Virus record (IMG/VR): IMGVR_UViG_3300032050_009172
DNA length: 64,000 bases
Direction: 5' to 3' (one strand)
From: an uncultured virus (IMG/VR IMGVR_UViG_3300032050_009172)
Taxonomy: Duplodnaviria; Heunggongvirae; Uroviricota; Caudoviricetes
The notes under the pieces were generated by a model, which saw only the letters and a list, made by a program, of their open reading frames with translations, was not told the DNA's origin and made no database searches. Positions within the stretch are counted from its first letter, which is position 1. Every line of letters starts with the position of its first letter. Below, in pieces: positions 55,929-64,000 of the stretch. Made by a program: the position numbers and the translations under genes.

Positions 55929-56005
55929 GCCCCGGTGACGGAACTGGAATACGTGTCTCTCTCAAAAGGAGAATTCTGAGGGTTCGAATCCCTCCTGGGG
56001 TACCA
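55929..56005 (+). tRNA. tRNA-Leu(CAA), short variable loop
   Basis: Loop CTCAAAA; 5' half near-identical to the Leu(TAG) gene; CCA. Confidence 0.88.
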
Positions 56006-56034
56006 CTATCAATAAATATTTTTGAAAGTTGAAA

Positions 56035-56505
56035 ATGAAAAAGCTCGATATAGCATCAGTAGCAGAATTTATCCAGAAACAAACGCCCGAAACTCGCATC
56101 TACCTTGGCTGCGACTCTGAACGAATCAAAATTGACGGTACCTGGTATGCCGACTATGTGTTGGCCATTGTGGTACACATCAACGGCAACAACGGCTGCA
56201 AACTGTTTGGCGAAGTTCAACGCGAGCGTGTGTGGGACGTGAAACCAGGCAAACCTGCCATGCGTTTGATGACCGAAGTGTACAAGGTTTCAGAACTGTA
56301 TTTGAAACTGGCTGACGTACTAGAAGGCCGTCAAGTTGAAGTTCACTTGGACATCAACCCAGACGAACAATACGGTTCAAGTTGTGTGATCTCGCAAGCT
56401 GTGGGCTACATCAAAGGAACATGCAATGTGATTCCGTTTGTGAAGCCAGAAGCATTTGCAGCATCATACGCGGCAGATAGATTTAAGAGTTTACGAGCTG
56501 CCTAA
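56035..56505 (+). CDS. RNase H-like YkuK family protein
   Basis: IYLGCDS, R.M.EV, VHLDIN, KPEAFAASYAAD. Confidence 0.85.
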   Translation: MKKLDIASVAEFIQKQTPETRIYLGCDSERIKIDGTWYADYVLAIVVHINGNNGCKLFGEVQRERVWDVKPGKPAMRLMTEVYKVSELYLKLADVLEGRQVEVHLDINPDEQYGSSCVISQAVGYIKGTCNVIPFVKPEAFAASYAADRFKSLRAA

Positions 56506-56518
56506 TAAGTAACGGAAT

Positions 56519-56592
56519 GCAGGATTAGTTTAGGGGTAAAATAGAACCTTGCCAAGGTCCAGTCACCAGTTCGATTCTGGTATCCTGCTCCA
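56519..56592 (+). tRNA. tRNA-Gly(GCC)
   Basis: Loop TTGCCAA, TCCA end. Confidence 0.88.
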
Positions 56593-56596
56593 CTTA

Positions 56597-56670
56597 GCTC
56601 TCATAGTATAAAGGCATTACACTACATTGGTAATGTAGAAACACTGGATCGTTACCAGTTGGGAGCACCA
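56597..56670 (+). tRNA. tRNA-Thr(GGT)
   Basis: Loop TTGGTAA, atypical T-loop ATCGTTA, CCA. Confidence 0.88.
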
Positions 56671-56675
56671 ATTCT

Positions 56676-56750
56676 CGGCCCTTGGTGAAATGGATATCAT
56701 GCTTGTCTTCGAAACAAGCGGTGGGAGTTCGATCCTCTCAGGGCCGGCCA
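56676..56750 (+). tRNA. tRNA-Arg(TCG)
   Basis: Loop CTTCGAA, GCCA end. Confidence 0.88.
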
Positions 56751-56852
56751 ATAAAAAACCTCAAACTCCGTCATAGAAAAATACAATAGCAAAATGCCTT
56801 GACTTAGGTATGTTCTATACTATATACTAGTGATGTCACTATAGGAGGAAAC

Positions 56853-57290
56853 ATGACACAATCTGTAAAAGGTACCCGTACCGAAGAAAACTTGAAGGCG
56901 GCATTTGCCGGAGAATCGCAAGCCAATCGTCGATACTTGTATTTCGCAAACATGGCCGACGTAGCAGGCGACAATGACGTTGCTGCCTTGTTCCGTTCAA
57001 CTGCCGAAGGCGAAACTGGACATGCACACGGTCATATGGAATACTTGATCGAAGGTGGTGCTGGAGATCCCGCCACTGGCATGAGTGCCAAATCTGTTGA
57101 GCAGGCTCTGGAAAGTGCTATTCATGGCGAAACACATGAATACACTGACATGTATCCTGGCATGGCCAAAACTGCCAGAGACGAAGGCTTAGACGAGATT
57201 GCTGACTGGTTTGAAACACTGGCCAAAGCCGAACGCTCACATGCCAATCGTTTCACCAAAGCCCTGGCTGCTCACAAAGAAGCACAATAA
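56853..57290 (+). CDS. rubrerythrin-family di-iron protein (no fused rubredoxin)
   Basis: [22 protein letters not shown]...MYP, AE..H. Confidence 0.92.
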   Translation: MTQSVKGTRTEENLKAAFAGESQANRRYLYFANMADVAGDNDVAALFRSTAEGETGHAHGHMEYLIEGGAGDPATGMSAKSVEQALESAIHGETHEYTDMYPGMAKTARDEGLDEIADWFETLAKAERSHANRFTKALAAHKEAQ

Positions 57291-57300
57291 GGAGACGGAA

Positions 57301-57429
57301 ATGGAATACGTATGCACTGTATGTGGCCATGTCCACAATGAAGAGACAGATGGTAAATTTGACGATTTGCCAAAATACTATAACTGTCCAGAGTGTGGTT
57401 GCGGTAAGGAAGAATTCCAGGCAATGTAA
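57301..57429 (+). CDS. rubredoxin
   Basis: CTVCG...F.DLP....CPECG..K..F; TAAGGAG SD. Confidence 0.88.
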   Translation: MEYVCTVCGHVHNEETDGKFDDLPKYYNCPECGCGKEEFQAM

Positions 57430-57483
57430 CTTGACAACAATGTAGAACTGTGTTATACTGGTTCTACATTGTTAAATAGTTAT

Positions 57484-57657
57484 ATGAACGATCCAAAATC
57501 TTCCAAACTCACTGACGCTGTGCGAGAGGCTCTTGCCAAAAAGCATGAGGCTGCTCGACCCACAGTAAAAACCAAAACTACCAAGACCAAACAAAACTAC
57601 GGCGCACCAATGATCAAAGGAGCACCTGTTAGAAAAGCCAGCGGAAGAGGTGGCTGA
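57484..57657 (+). CDS. small basic hypothetical protein
   Basis: ATG 5 nt after TAAATA. Confidence 0.6.
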   Translation: MNDPKSSKLTDAVREALAKKHEAARPTVKTKTTKTKQNYGAPMIKGAPVRKASGRGG

Positions 57658-57962
57658 TGGCTAACGACTTTGCTAAATTCAAAAACTCAGCTCGCCGTCA
57701 TAAAACAGATGTTGCAATTGCTAGACAAGTCAAAATTGCCAAAAGTCATAGCACCTACAACTTACGAAGCATTAGGCAAACACATCGCCTGGCCAAACAT
57801 CATGCCATGGACTGCGGCAATCCTGCATGTTACTTGTGTGGCAATCCACGTAAGACACATAAAGACAAACTTACAGCCCAAGAGAAAAAACTATTTCAAG
57901 ATTTAGATTCCCTCAACCACCATCACTCAAACGGAAACAACAATGAAAATTATTCACAGTAA
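57657..57962 (+). CDS. basic hypothetical protein with C-x4-C-x2-C motif
   Basis: DCGNPACYLCGNPRK. Confidence 0.7.
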   Translation: MANDFAKFKNSARRHKTDVAIARQVKIAKSHSTYNLRSIRQTHRLAKHHAMDCGNPACYLCGNPRKTHKDKLTAQEKKLFQDLDSLNHHHSNGNNNENYSQ

Positions 57963-58212
57963 CGACAGAACAGCCGGGTTGACCAGCGAAGCCGCAGTAG
58001 CCGCAATTGGCAATCGCTATGACTTGGTGCTAGTGGCTTCTCGACGATTGCGCGAACTCAATCGCGGCGACATGCGAAAAGTTGCAAGTAAAAACAGCAA
58101 CTCAGTGGCAGTACTTGAAGAAATTGAACAAGGCAAAATCACAAGAGACTATCTCTATCGCGAACAAGATTTAGAACCCCGACGTAGACGTAGAACCAAT
58201 GGATCTATCTAA
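57943..58212 (+). CDS. rpoZ: RNA polymerase omega subunit homologue
   Basis: AV..IGNRYDLVLVASRR.REL ... V..LEEIEQGKI. Confidence 0.85.
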   Translation: MKIIHSNDRTAGLTSEAAVAAIGNRYDLVLVASRRLRELNRGDMRKVASKNSNSVAVLEEIEQGKITRDYLYREQDLEPRRRRRTNGSI

Positions 58213-58624
58213 AGAAGACGGAGATAGAAGAAACAGTCTGCCTTACCCAATGGAGTTGGGCAGTCCTGCGTTTGCCCCTGTTCCTGTTGAACGAGAAAAA
58301 GATGTCATACTCAATGTAGGGCGAATGCATGCTCAACAAGAATATGACAGGATCATGCAACAAGTTGAAGTGTTAAAACAACAGGCCGACGCACTTCAAC
58401 AACGCCTGCATGTTAGTGAGATCATGCACGGCGTCAAGTACGGCTTACAACCTCGACATGGTAAAACTTACTATGTGTATTTTAACTCAATAAAAAACGA
58501 GCATTGGTTGAGTATGAATCATCCGCATCACTGGTGCGCTGGCCCTGGAGAACAGCACACCTACGTGATGGCAGTTAAAATGCTCGGCGACTCGACCTGG
58601 CAAGAAGTGCAATTAGACACATGA
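58199..58624 (+). CDS. hypothetical protein (DUF2452-like)
   Basis: LPYP..LGSP.F.P, G.TY.VY, D.TW. Confidence 0.65.
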   Translation: MDLSKEDGDRRNSLPYPMELGSPAFAPVPVEREKDVILNVGRMHAQQEYDRIMQQVEVLKQQADALQQRLHVSEIMHGVKYGLQPRHGKTYYVYFNSIKNEHWLSMNHPHHWCAGPGEQHTYVMAVKMLGDSTWQEVQLDT

Positions 58625-59490
58625 AAATACAACTACACGAAAATGGTTGGACTTCAATCATTACTGATATTGATTTACGTTCTGCTTCACAGCAAGAGAT
58701 GAATACCATTGCTTGGCTTGCTGCCAAAGACACCGTGGTTGTGATACGCGATCAACACCTTTTGCCCGGAGACGAAGTTGACATCTGTGAAAAAATTGGT
58801 GCATGTGAGCAAGTGGCGCCGGCTAATACGCCAACACCGGGCACAAAATTAGTACAAGGCGGGCGTGGTAAAATTGTCAGAGTAGGTGGCGGTGGTCACC
58901 ATCATGGACAACCAGGTGTGTTTGAACATGTGAGTGATCTAGATTGGCACTGCAATAGAACCGGTAGTGAAGACCGAGATCCGTTGATTTGGTTGTATTC
59001 AGTAAAAGATTCTGTTGGCAGCCGAACCAGTTGGATCAACAACATTTTGAGTTATCAAGATCTTGACCAAGAACTCAAAGAACAAATCAAAGATTTAAAA
59101 CTGGTCATGGGGTTTGATGCTAGGGTGATCTCTGAAGACACTTACACAATCACCAGTCGAGATTCAAATGCCATCAACCACAATTGGTATCCAAGTTTGT
59201 TACACACCAACCAGGCTGGTGTCACAGGCATGTTTTTTTCGTTTTTACAAATTCATCAGATACTGGGTTTTGACAAAGACAAAAGCGATGCCCTAATTCA
59301 AAAATTACGACAACATGTGGAGCAAGAAAAATACACATATCACCACGATTGGCAAGACGGTGACATTGTGTTAAGTGAACAATGGTTAAGTATTCACAAA
59401 AGATGGCGCTGTGAAAACATTCAGAATCGAGTGGTGCATCGCATTGCTCTTAACTTTGATCACTGCAACATTTCTAATACTTTAGTGTGA
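58621..59490 (+). CDS. TauD/TfdA-like dioxygenase
   Basis: VVIRDQ.L, LDWHCN, H.WQDGDIVL, HKR, R..HRI. Confidence 0.8.
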   Translation: MKIQLHENGWTSIITDIDLRSASQQEMNTIAWLAAKDTVVVIRDQHLLPGDEVDICEKIGACEQVAPANTPTPGTKLVQGGRGKIVRVGGGGHHHGQPGVFEHVSDLDWHCNRTGSEDRDPLIWLYSVKDSVGSRTSWINNILSYQDLDQELKEQIKDLKLVMGFDARVISEDTYTITSRDSNAINHNWYPSLLHTNQAGVTGMFFSFLQIHQILGFDKDKSDALIQKLRQHVEQEKYTYHHDWQDGDIVLSEQWLSIHKRWRCENIQNRVVHRIALNFDHCNISNTLV

Positions 59491-59519
59491 TTGACCAAAA
59501 ATTCCTGATCTGCTATAAT
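59491..59519 (+). promoter_or_regulatory. strong early sigma70 promoter (repeat copy 4)
   Basis: TTGACCAAAAATTCC...TGCTATAAT; same family as the 37988 and 38602 promoters. Confidence 0.8.
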
Positions 59520-59545
59520 TACACATTAACAGAAAGGAGTGCAAA

Positions 59546-59779
59546 ATGAGAATTGAAACTGTAAACGGTCGCAACCTTGTTTGTGGCCACTTCTTCCCGG
59601 CCGACGAGCTTGCAAGCGGTCAACGCTGGGCACCTGCCGACGGCAGTAACCGCGAAGTCAAAATTGTCACAGTAGACGGTGACTGGATTGAATACGAATG
59701 GCAAGACAATGGTGAGAGAAAAACTCATCAAAAATTAGCATTTGCATTTCAGTGCCGTTATTGTAAAGTAGTAGAATAA
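59546..59779 (+). CDS. hypothetical protein
   Basis: AAGGAG SD. Confidence 0.7.
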   Translation: MRIETVNGRNLVCGHFFPADELASGQRWAPADGSNREVKIVTVDGDWIEYEWQDNGERKTHQKLAFAFQCRYCKVVE

Positions 59780-59790
59780 AAAGGAGGCAC

Positions 59791-60411
59791 ATGATGCCAG
59801 CAACATTTTTGGTAAGCGACACGCATTTTGGTCATGTTGGCGTGTGCAAGTTTACACACCCAGATGATGACACTGTGAAATTGCGTCCGTGGGATGATCC
59901 TGCAGAGATGGATGAGGAAATGATCCGCCGTTGGAACGACCGTGTTCGTCCATCAGACAAGGTCTACCATTTGGGTGACGTGGTTATTAACCGCAAGGCA
60001 TTGCCTACGTTACATCGCTTGAACGGCGACAAGGTATTGATCCGCGGCAACCATGATATCTTCCGTGATGATGAGTACCGCAGGTACTTTCGTGAATTGC
60101 GAGCATATCATGTGTTGAACGGAATGATCTTGAGTCACATTCCTGTGCATGAATCTAGCTTGGGTCGCTTTGGTGTAAACATCCACGGACACTTGCACGC
60201 CACTCGAGTTAAGAAAGCTCGTGGTGTTGATGCCCGTACAGGAGAGATCTTGTATGGCACAGAACTGGATGTGCGGTATCATTGCGTATGTGTGGAGCAG
60301 ACTGATTTTGCGCCTATCTTGTTGGAAGATGTGTACAAACGCATTGAAGCAGAAGGTGGACGGATTGGCTTGCAAAACGGCAATTTCAAAACTGAGCATC
60401 ATGTAGATTAA
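59791..60411 (+). CDS. calcineurin-like metallophosphoesterase
   Basis: SDTHFGH, HLGD, GNHD, SHIP, IHGHLH. Confidence 0.9.
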   Translation: MMPATFLVSDTHFGHVGVCKFTHPDDDTVKLRPWDDPAEMDEEMIRRWNDRVRPSDKVYHLGDVVINRKALPTLHRLNGDKVLIRGNHDIFRDDEYRRYFRELRAYHVLNGMILSHIPVHESSLGRFGVNIHGHLHATRVKKARGVDARTGEILYGTELDVRYHCVCVEQTDFAPILLEDVYKRIEAEGGRIGLQNGNFKTEHHVD

Positions 60412-60530
60412 AGGCGGCTTTCTGCCTAGCCCTCTGCTTGTGAAAGTATGGTGAAGTGATAGGGTACAGATCAGAACGGCTGACACCATAGTTCAGCACC
60501 GGAGTCGTAACCGGTAATTTTATTACAATT

Positions 60531-61442
60531 ATGAAATTAACTTTAGATCCAAACGGCTGGGTAGTGCATGTAGATCAACTAAACGTGCTAGATGTAAACA
60601 GCACCGAACGCGATCAATTAAGAACGCTACCTTATACCAACTTGCTGGTTGTAATCCATAACACGCAACCGTTAACCATTGATCAATATCATCAATTTAC
60701 TTCTGGTGTGTTTGATGATCTCAATAACGATCTTCCAGCCAAAGAAAAAATATTTGTCGAACAAACCAACAAAGAAATTATCAGAGTCACTGGTAAGAAA
60801 GATGTCCACGGTGAAATCACTGGATTATTTGGCATGCCAGATGATTTGCCTTGGCACTGCAACGAACCAGGAAGAACTGCCGCAGAACGTCCCGATGCTT
60901 TGTGTTTGTACGGGGTAGAACATACTGAAGGCAGCATCACAGGATTTACCAACAGCATACAAGCATTAAACGATCTTAGGCAAGCAACCGATACACCAGT
61001 TGGACTATTAAGAAGTCTGGATCAGCTCATGTGTTATTACAATTACTCAGGCAGTACAGATAACGGGCCTATGGCTGCAGACGTTAACTATCAAGGCAGA
61101 ACAGGATTTAACAAATTTGTTACTCAAAACAAATCAGGGGCCACGGGCATCCATTGGTCACCCATGCAAAATCCAATATTCTATATTGGCAAAACACCAG
61201 TTCCAAACGCTGGACAACAAGCATGGTTCAGTTATCTGTACAAATTTCTAACTCAGCCCAAGTACCAGTACGCTCATCATTGGCAAGACTATGAAATAAT
61301 TATCAATTGCCAGTGGTTGAGCATGCATGCTCGTCCTGCATTTGAAAATATTGAAAACCGTCTGTTGTGGAGAGCCATGGGCTATGTTAGCCCATTTGAT
61401 GGGTCAGCGATTGATACTGGCCAGCTTGAATTGCGCCAGTAG
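60531..61442 (+). CDS. TauD/TfdA-like dioxygenase (paralogue of the 58621 gene)
   Basis: NGW, RVTG, LPWHCN, H.WQ, QWLSMHAR, RLLWR. Confidence 0.8.
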   Translation: MKLTLDPNGWVVHVDQLNVLDVNSTERDQLRTLPYTNLLVVIHNTQPLTIDQYHQFTSGVFDDLNNDLPAKEKIFVEQTNKEIIRVTGKKDVHGEITGLFGMPDDLPWHCNEPGRTAAERPDALCLYGVEHTEGSITGFTNSIQALNDLRQATDTPVGLLRSLDQLMCYYNYSGSTDNGPMAADVNYQGRTGFNKFVTQNKSGATGIHWSPMQNPIFYIGKTPVPNAGQQAWFSYLYKFLTQPKYQYAHHWQDYEIIINCQWLSMHARPAFENIENRLLWRAMGYVSPFDGSAIDTGQLELRQ

Positions 61443-62186
61443 TTCAATTATTCTGGCAGGTGGGTCAATTTCATACCAGCGTTGACTGAATCTATAGTTG
61501 GCTGCATTTTGATGATGGTTCTTGTGCCAAGCTTCGCCATTGTTGATGTTTAATAACACCATCAGCACACTGTTACTGCTGGTGTCATCATTGTGTATAG
61601 GTAGCAAGAACCAAGGTGTGCGATGACACAATGAATTGATTGTGTGAAGTTTGAACACTGTGAGTCCAATTACTGCTATCCATAATCCTACCAGGGCAGG
61701 ATCAATTGCAAATAACAATGCAAACCAAACTATGTTGAGGGCCCAGTACCAATGATAAAACCAAAGATGGCGAGAATCTCTACCAAGGTCCACAATGTAT
61801 TTGGTTTTGACTTGATTGAAATAGCTCAAAAATTGAATAGCCCACCGACTCTTATGATATGGAGAATGTGGATCACGGTCAGTGTCACAATGTGCATGAT
61901 GTTCGCGATGAATTCCCACCCATCCAATGCTGTTGCCTACTAGGCACAAGGTAAATACAACAAGTCCATACAAATCAACTACTGAACTAGGTTTCCAGGC
62001 GCGATGACACCAGGCGCGATGCGCAAACATAGTGATGTGAATTCCCATAAACCAACTGGTCAATAGCACAACAAAAAATGTAGTCCATGACCAGTTTATT
62101 GTCAACCAGATCACTGTCCAAATTGGAAATAACATGCCAACGGAACTGAGTGCCACTGGGTCGATCAAGGAGCGAGAGATTTTCAT
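61404..62186 (-). CDS. membrane fatty-acid desaturase
   Basis: HRAWCH, HREHH, DPHSP, HKNHH. Confidence 0.9.
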   Translation of the reverse strand: MKISRSLIDPVALSSVGMLFPIWTVIWLTINWSWTTFFVVLLTSWFMGIHITMFAHRAWCHRAWKPSSVVDLYGLVVFTLCLVGNSIGWVGIHREHHAHCDTDRDPHSPYHKSRWAIQFLSYFNQVKTKYIVDLGRDSRHLWFYHWYWALNIVWFALLFAIDPALVGLWIAVIGLTVFKLHTINSLCHRTPWFLLPIHNDDTSSNSVLMVLLNINNGEAWHKNHHQNAANYRFSQRWYEIDPPARIIELLAQFKLASINR

Positions 62187-62227
62187 ATGAAATATTTATT
62201 TGCTCGCACACTAACTTAAATAATCGC

Positions 62228-62929
62228 ATGCACAAACCAATTGTTTTTTTAGGCACCAGTACAAACTTAGAAATTTTTATAAGAGTGTGTACTCTTCGTA
62301 ACATACCCGTTGCAGGTATTGTTGACAGTGATTATTACAGGAACACTGATACTAAAAATGGATTGCCTGTGATTGGAAGCGAAGACTCGTTTGATTTTGA
62401 GGCTGCTCGAGACCAGTATGATTTTTTTGTTGGAATGTCTTGGTCAAGTCTTGATCTAAGATCGAAATCCAAAAGACTTGCGTATATTGATCTGATTGAT
62501 CAACATAAACTCAACTGTGCAACGCTGATACATCCAGCCAGTGAGGTGTATGACGAAGCAGAAATTGGCCCAGGGTGCTATATTGGATTCAACGCCGGAG
62601 TAGCACATTATACAAAGATTGGTGCTCACAGCCGAATACATAATTCTACTACTGTTGCGCATCATACCACTATTGGAAAAAATTGCATCCTACATGAATT
62701 TGTAAAAATTTGTAGTAGAGTAACATTAGGTGACAATGTGTTAATTCACCCTGACACTGCAATTGTAGGGTACGGCAAATTTAACAATGAGCGCGGACCA
62801 AATATTGGTAGTAATGCTGAACTACATCCTCGAATCACTGTTACTAGAGATGTAGAACCGGGAGAGATTGTTTCTTTGGCTGGTGGCAACAACACTAGAA
62901 GAATCTATGGCGAGGTAGTAAGATCATGA
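62228..62929 (+). CDS. hexapeptide-repeat sugar O/N-acetyltransferase (PglD/NeuD-like)
   Basis: Rossmann-like N-terminus, LIHP, IG repeats; start moved to 62228. Confidence 0.8.
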   Translation: MHKPIVFLGTSTNLEIFIRVCTLRNIPVAGIVDSDYYRNTDTKNGLPVIGSEDSFDFEAARDQYDFFVGMSWSSLDLRSKSKRLAYIDLIDQHKLNCATLIHPASEVYDEAEIGPGCYIGFNAGVAHYTKIGAHSRIHNSTTVAHHTTIGKNCILHEFVKICSRVTLGDNVLIHPDTAIVGYGKFNNERGPNIGSNAELHPRITVTRDVEPGEIVSLAGGNNTRRIYGEVVRS

Positions 62930-63657
62930 AACGCATAAACTGGTTGTTTGTTTTTCAAACCATGTGCATAGCTGCCTTGGTGTGCCTAATGGTGAATGGT
63001 GAATGGTGGCAATGGGCCGTAGCGTTTGGCGTATACGTTGTAACTGGCAGTATTGGTGCCAGTGCAACTTTTCACAGACTATTGAGTCATAGAAGTTATA
63101 AAGCACCTGCTTGGTGGGAATACCTTGGCACCATAATTGGCACTCTCGGTGGAGTGGGCTCTAGTATTGCTTGGGTTGCCATACATCGTGAACATCATAA
63201 ATTTGTGGATACCGAACGCGATCCCCACAGTCCCTTGCACAAAGGATTCTTCCGTGTGCAATTTTTAATCATGTTCAATCAGCCCAGTCTTAGAATGGTT
63301 ACTGATCTCATGCGCAGTAGATTTCATGCATTCATGCACAATTACTATTGGGCCATACACGGTGCGTATGCTGTGATACTGTATGCTATAGATCCAATGG
63401 CTGTGGTCTATGCTCACTTGGTGCCTGCTTTGTTTTTATTCCATGCAGGCGGTTTGATCAACAACATTGGTCACACCATAGGCTGGCAAGATTATCCTGG
63501 CAAAGATACCAGTGTTAACAATCCTATTTTAGGTGTACTTGTGTGGGGCGAAGGATGGCACAACAATCATCATGCCAATCCCAGTGACTGGCGCTTTGGA
63601 CTAAAGTGGTGGCAAATTGATGTTGCTGGATATTTAATTAGACTGGTCAAACAATGA
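62926..63657 (+). CDS. membrane fatty-acid desaturase (Delta9-like)
   Basis: HRLLSH, HREHH, DPHSP, GEGWHNNHH. Confidence 0.92.
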   Translation: MKRINWLFVFQTMCIAALVCLMVNGEWWQWAVAFGVYVVTGSIGASATFHRLLSHRSYKAPAWWEYLGTIIGTLGGVGSSIAWVAIHREHHKFVDTERDPHSPLHKGFFRVQFLIMFNQPSLRMVTDLMRSRFHAFMHNYYWAIHGAYAVILYAIDPMAVVYAHLVPALFLFHAGGLINNIGHTIGWQDYPGKDTSVNNPILGVLVWGEGWHNNHHANPSDWRFGLKWWQIDVAGYLIRLVKQ

Positions 63658-64000
63658 AAACACGAAAACAACTTCCAGCGTTTGGCTATCTGAACAATTT
63701 TCACATAGACACACCACAATTGATCAAACACTTGAAAGACAACAGTCTCCTAGACTGGGATCACTATGTTGATGTCAAGGCCAGTACTGATGGTGCATTC
63801 ACTCCATTCATCAAAGCCAACCAATGGACCTTGGATAATTTGTTTAAAGAAGCAGATGCACCCAGTTTGGAAAGTGAAAAATTTAGACAGATACAACTTA
63901 CTGAGTTTGACAAATCAAAAAGCCGTGGGCCTGTGGAAGTTAAAGCCACAACCATGATAGAACGAGTCAAGCGTCAGGATCCCAATGATCCTCGGTATGT
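63654..64000 (+). CDS. 5' part of hypothetical protein (truncated by window edge)
   Basis: ATGA overlap; open to the window end (MKTRKQLPAFGYL...). Confidence 0.65.
   Translation, partial: MKTRKQLPAFGYLNNFHIDTPQLIKHLKDNSLLDWDHYVDVKASTDGAFTPFIKANQWTLDNLFKEADAPSLESEKFRQIQLTEFDKSKSRGPVEVKATTMIERVKRQDPNDPRY

Overview
This is a 64-kb segment of a large, T4-like (jumbo-type) dsDNA phage. The host is probably a Betaproteobacterium, inferred from a Burkholderiales-type porin and the tmRNA tag ANDEKFLMAA. Layout: (1) 0-3 kb, probable head/internal proteins and Dps. (2) 3-37 kb, replication genes (family-B DNA polymerase, clamp-like protein, T4-type RNase H) interleaved with a 7-deazaguanine DNA-modification set (DpdA-like transglycosylase, FolE, QueD, QueE, YhhQ, and a second T-fold protein with an LxxxHRHxF DpdL-like motif; no QueC in the window), an MBD4-like glycosylase and many sugar/sulfo/methyl-transferases. 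(3) 38-44 kb, small early genes behind repeated strong sigma70 promoters. (4) 44-57 kb, a stable-RNA region with 30 tRNAs covering all 20 amino acids, a permuted two-piece tmRNA with two small ORFs in its intervening segment, a ~900-nt GOLLD-like RNA containing a degenerate tRNA-Asn, and several unknown RNAs framed by related stems. (5) 57-64 kb, rubrerythrin/rubredoxin, an RNA polymerase omega homologue, TauD-like oxygenases and desaturases. The top candidate for a new system is a leader-peptide attenuator at 50446-50645. Its 35-codon peptide uses exactly the 18 amino acids whose tRNAs lie downstream, and lacks only Asp and Glu, whose tRNAs lie upstream. This suggests the phage tRNA array is switched on by ribosome stalling. 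All calls come from reading motifs by eye; no database searches were run.
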